A DNA stretch of 64,000 bases from Candidatus Eiseniibacteriota bacterium (GTDB lineage: Bacteria; Eisenbacteria; RBG-16-71-46; JABDJR01), in NCBI GenBank assembly GCA_963783375.1, contig CAWANH010000029.1:1536001-1600000 (forward strand). Direction: 5' to 3'. This document shows, one piece after another, positions 61,235 through 64,000 of the stretch. The notes under the pieces are model-generated. The model had not been told where the DNA came from, ran no database searches, and saw only the letters and a list, made by a program, of their open reading frames with translations. Every line of letters starts with the position of its first letter. The first letter of the stretch is position 1. The position numbers were made by a program, and so were the translations under genes.

Positions 61235-63898
61235 TCACTGACTCTCCACCTCGGCGGTCCAGTTGAGGACGACGGTGATGGGCGGCAGCTGGGTCATCCG
61301 GGTGGAGATCAAGAGGAATCGCTGCCCGTCCTCCGAAGCGCAGAAGCGGTTCCGGGTGATGAAGTTGCCGGGAACGTCGGCGTGGAAGAGCACCTGGGGA
61401 GTGCCGGTGTGAAACCCCGAGGTCGCATCGACCGGAACCGCCATCACGGCTCTGTCCGTGGACAGGTAGTAGAGCTCCTTACCGTCTCCCCGCCACTGGG
61501 GCTCGCTTCCGCCGGCGTTCGAGACCTGCCACTTCCCCCCCGGTCCCGGGAACGGCTGGACATAGATCTGGACTTGGCCGCTCTCGTTGCTGGTGTACGC
61601 GATCCAGCGTCCGTCCGGGGAGAGCCGGCCCTGGACCTCGGCGAACTCGCCGGCCAGGACGGGGAACGGCTTCGTGTCTTCACCCACCGGGAGCGCCCAC
61701 GTGTCCCACTGTGAACTTCCCCCCAGCCGCTGCACCAGGATCGTGCGGCCGTCCCGCGACCAGTCGGTGGGCATCTTTCGGGTGCTGTCCTGCCAGACCG
61801 CCGTCGCCCCTCCCATGCCCCGGGAGTCCTTCACGTAGATGTCCCACTGTCCCCCGCGGCCGGAGGTGAACGCGATCCGGTCTCCCTGCGGAGACCACAG
61901 GCCGGCGAAGTCCTCCTTGGGGTCGTAGGTGAAGCGGGAGCTGACTCCACGCGCGTCGTCCACGATCCAGAGATCCTGGTTGGAGCTCGTTCCGTCCGTC
62001 ACTTCCACGACCACCCGGTGTCCGGCCGGATCGAGCGCGGGCTCCCCGTAGGCGCCGAGCGGCCCAACGTTTCCCATCAGCTTTCCGGAGCGGTCCACCC
62101 AGGTGAGGCGGCGCAGGCCGGAGTCGCCGGCCCGGCAGACCAGGACTCCGTTCCGGGACACCGAGAAGTTGGCCAGACCGTTGGAGCTGCTCGAGATCTG
62201 GGTGGTCACCGGGAAGGGCTCTCCCCGGAACGACATGGAGCCGACGTCGAACCGGCGGGCCCGGAGTGCCCCATCCTGGACCCAGAGGATGTACCCCGGC
62301 TCGGAATAGTCCATGAGCGAGCTGGCCGGGCCCAGGGTCCTGGTCTCGTACGAGCCCAGCTCGCCCACCATGAGGCTGTCGCCCGCACTTCCGCCGTACT
62401 GAGCCTGGAACAGGAAGTGCTTCCCGTCGGGAAGGAAGTGCGGCCAGGCACATTCGCTCTGGCCTCGCGCCCGGTCGATCCGGGTGGCGGGGCTGGCCAC
62501 GCCGCCGGTGGCGGGGACGCTCCGGATGGAATCTCCAGAGGACCCGTCGAAGAGGATGACGCCCTCGGGGCTCCAGCTGCAGTCCGAGCCCCGCACCCCG
62601 TCGAGCAGCACCCGGACCGCCCCTCCCGCCGCATCCACCCGCTTGAGCTGGGTGCCCGAGAAGAACGCCAACGTCCTGGAGTCGGGCGACCAGGTGGGGC
62701 GGGTGGTCCCCTCGGTGCCGTCCAGGGGATGCGCGGAGAGGGCGTCGAGCGGCTGGACCCAGATCCGGGAGGTCCCGGTGGAATCGGAGGCGTCGAAGGC
62801 GATGATCCGTCCGTCCGGCGAGACCTTGGGCATCCCCACCGAGGTGAGCCCCGCCGGCGCGGCGATCTGGAAGCGTATGGTCCGAGGCGTCGGCGGGGGT
62901 TCGCGAAGGAGTTCGCGGGCCCCAAGGCCGGCAGCCACGAGCGCGAAGACTGCGGCGGCGACCCAGGCCGCCCGCTCCCGGCTCCGCCGCCGGTGGGTGA
63001 CCGGCCGCGGCACCCCCGCCGCCGACCCTCCCTCGGCGATCCACTGCAACTGGAGACCCACGTCATGGGCGGTCTGCCACCGCGCGTCGGGGTCCTTCTC
63101 CAGGCACACCCGCACCACGCGATCCAGGGACGGCGGCGTCATGGCCTGAACCGAGGAGATCGGGGTCGGCTGGTCCTTGAGGATCGACGCGATCAACGAC
63201 GCCTGGCTCTTCCCCTGGAAGGCGCGGGTCCCGGTGGCCATCTCGTAGAGGATCGCGCCCAGGGCGAAGATGTCGGTCCGCGCGTCCGCCTCCTTGCCCT
63301 CCAGCTGCTCCGGCGCCATGTACTGGAACGTCCCCAGGATCGTCCCTTCCGCGGTCAGCGGCGTCCTCGGGTCCTGGGTCGGCGCCTTCATGGTGAGCGA
63401 CGAGTCCGAAACCACCGCCTCCACCCCCGTCCGGGCCAAACCGAAGTCCAGGAGCTTCACCCCGCTCCGGGTCAGCATCACGTTCCCCGGCTTCAAGTCC
63501 CGGTGCACCACCCCGCTCCGGTGCGCCGCGGCCAGCGCCTCCGCCATCTGCCGACCGATCCGGAGCACGTCCTCCAGCGGCAACGGTCCCCCGGCCACCT
63601 TGTCGGCCAGGGTCATCCCCTCCAGGTACTCCATCACCAGGAAGTCCGTGCCGTCCTCGTGACCCACGTCGTACAGCGCGCAGATGTGCGGGTGGGTCAG
63701 GGACGAGATCGCCCGCGCCTCCCGGTCGAACCGCTGGCGGAGCTCCGGGTTGGCGGAAAGATGGGTGGGCAGGATCTTGATCGCCACCGAGCGGTCCAGA
63801 CGCGTGTCCGTGGCTCGGTAAACCTCCCCCATCCCTCCCGCGCCGATGGGTTCGATGATCTCGTACGGGCCGAGGCGATGGCCGGGGTTCAACGGCAT
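61235..63898 (-). CDS. Ser/Thr protein kinase - TM - PD40 propeller
   Basis: Same motifs and architecture as its neighbours; GGAGG RBS. Confidence 0.93.
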   Translation of the reverse strand: MPLNPGHRLGPYEIIEPIGAGGMGEVYRATDTRLDRSVAIKILPTHLSANPELRQRFDREARAISSLTHPHICALYDVGHEDGTDFLVMEYLEGMTLADKVAGGPLPLEDVLRIGRQMAEALAAAHRSGVVHRDLKPGNVMLTRSGVKLLDFGLARTGVEAVVSDSSLTMKAPTQDPRTPLTAEGTILGTFQYMAPEQLEGKEADARTDIFALGAILYEMATGTRAFQGKSQASLIASILKDQPTPISSVQAMTPPSLDRVVRVCLEKDPDARWQTAHDVGLQLQWIAEGGSAAGVPRPVTHRRRSRERAAWVAAAVFALVAAGLGARELLREPPPTPRTIRFQIAAPAGLTSVGMPKVSPDGRIIAFDASDSTGTSRIWVQPLDALSAHPLDGTEGTTRPTWSPDSRTLAFFSGTQLKRVDAAGGAVRVLLDGVRGSDCSWSPEGVILFDGSSGDSIRSVPATGGVASPATRIDRARGQSECAWPHFLPDGKHFLFQAQYGGSAGDSLMVGELGSYETRTLGPASSLMDYSEPGYILWVQDGALRARRFDVGSMSFRGEPFPVTTQISSSSNGLANFSVSRNGVLVCRAGDSGLRRLTWVDRSGKLMGNVGPLGAYGEPALDPAGHRVVVEVTDGTSSNQDLWIVDDARGVSSRFTYDPKEDFAGLWSPQGDRIAFTSGRGGQWDIYVKDSRGMGGATAVWQDSTRKMPTDWSRDGRTILVQRLGGSSQWDTWALPVGEDTKPFPVLAGEFAEVQGRLSPDGRWIAYTSNESGQVQIYVQPFPGPGGKWQVSNAGGSEPQWRGDGKELYYLSTDRAVMAVPVDATSGFHTGTPQVLFHADVPGNFITRNRFCASEDGQRFLLISTRMTQLPPITVVLNWTAEVESQ

Positions 63899-63920
63899 GC
63901 TCGCGTGTCCTCCAGTCGAC

Positions 63921-64000
63921 TCAACGGCGGATCAGATCGCTGACCCAGTCCACCATGATGGTGGTGGGTGGGAGCGTGGCGGCGCCCCGGGGGGAGACGG
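63921..64000 (-). CDS. C-terminus of a probable fourth kinase-propeller paralog (runs off window)
   Basis: VSPRGAATLPPTTIMVDWVSDLIRR* matches the paralog tails PTSIVVNW, PTTLIVNW and PITVVLNW; same 22-nt spacer. Confidence 0.7.
   Translation of the reverse strand, partial: VSPRGAATLPPTTIMVDWVSDLIRR

Noticed and set aside
55855-64000. Diversity-generating retroelement or mobile element behind the kinase repeats
   Set aside because: No reverse transcriptase, recombinase or adenine-specific TR/VR pair is visible in the window.

Overview
High-GC bacterial chromosomal window with no CRISPR array, rRNA, tRNA, integrase or transposase that I can see. A FlgD/Por-type C-terminal domain and a C-terminal STWGKIK motif suggest an FCB-associated candidate lineage (Eisenbacteria/Krumholzibacteriota/Latescibacterota-like); this is inference. 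Contents in order: tail of an isocitrate/isopropylmalate dehydrogenase; citD-citE fusion and citF; NAGPA-like, RidA, DinB and AIM24 genes; secreted tricorn protease and an M16 peptidase pair; an ABC-2 exporter; esterase and Nudix genes; a frameshifted GH57; an osmolyte-type cluster (EctR-like MarR, ablA, ablB, amino-acid ABC transporter, AGCS symporter); aquaporin; archaeal-type gatE-gatD; two-component system with TolC/RND efflux; a small Zn-ribbon gene with an in-frame TGA and a SECIS-like hairpin, divergent from a DRG-like GTPase; ArnT-like glycosyltransferase; octaheme cytochrome; DASS transporter; and a tandem array of at least four Ser/Thr kinase-TM-beta-propeller genes. The best finding is the candidate selenoprotein at 47043-47402, which the ORF track splits in two. 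Next is intact GatDE in a bacterium. Three frameshifts look like long-read indel errors. Family calls come from motif recognition by eye; no searches were run.
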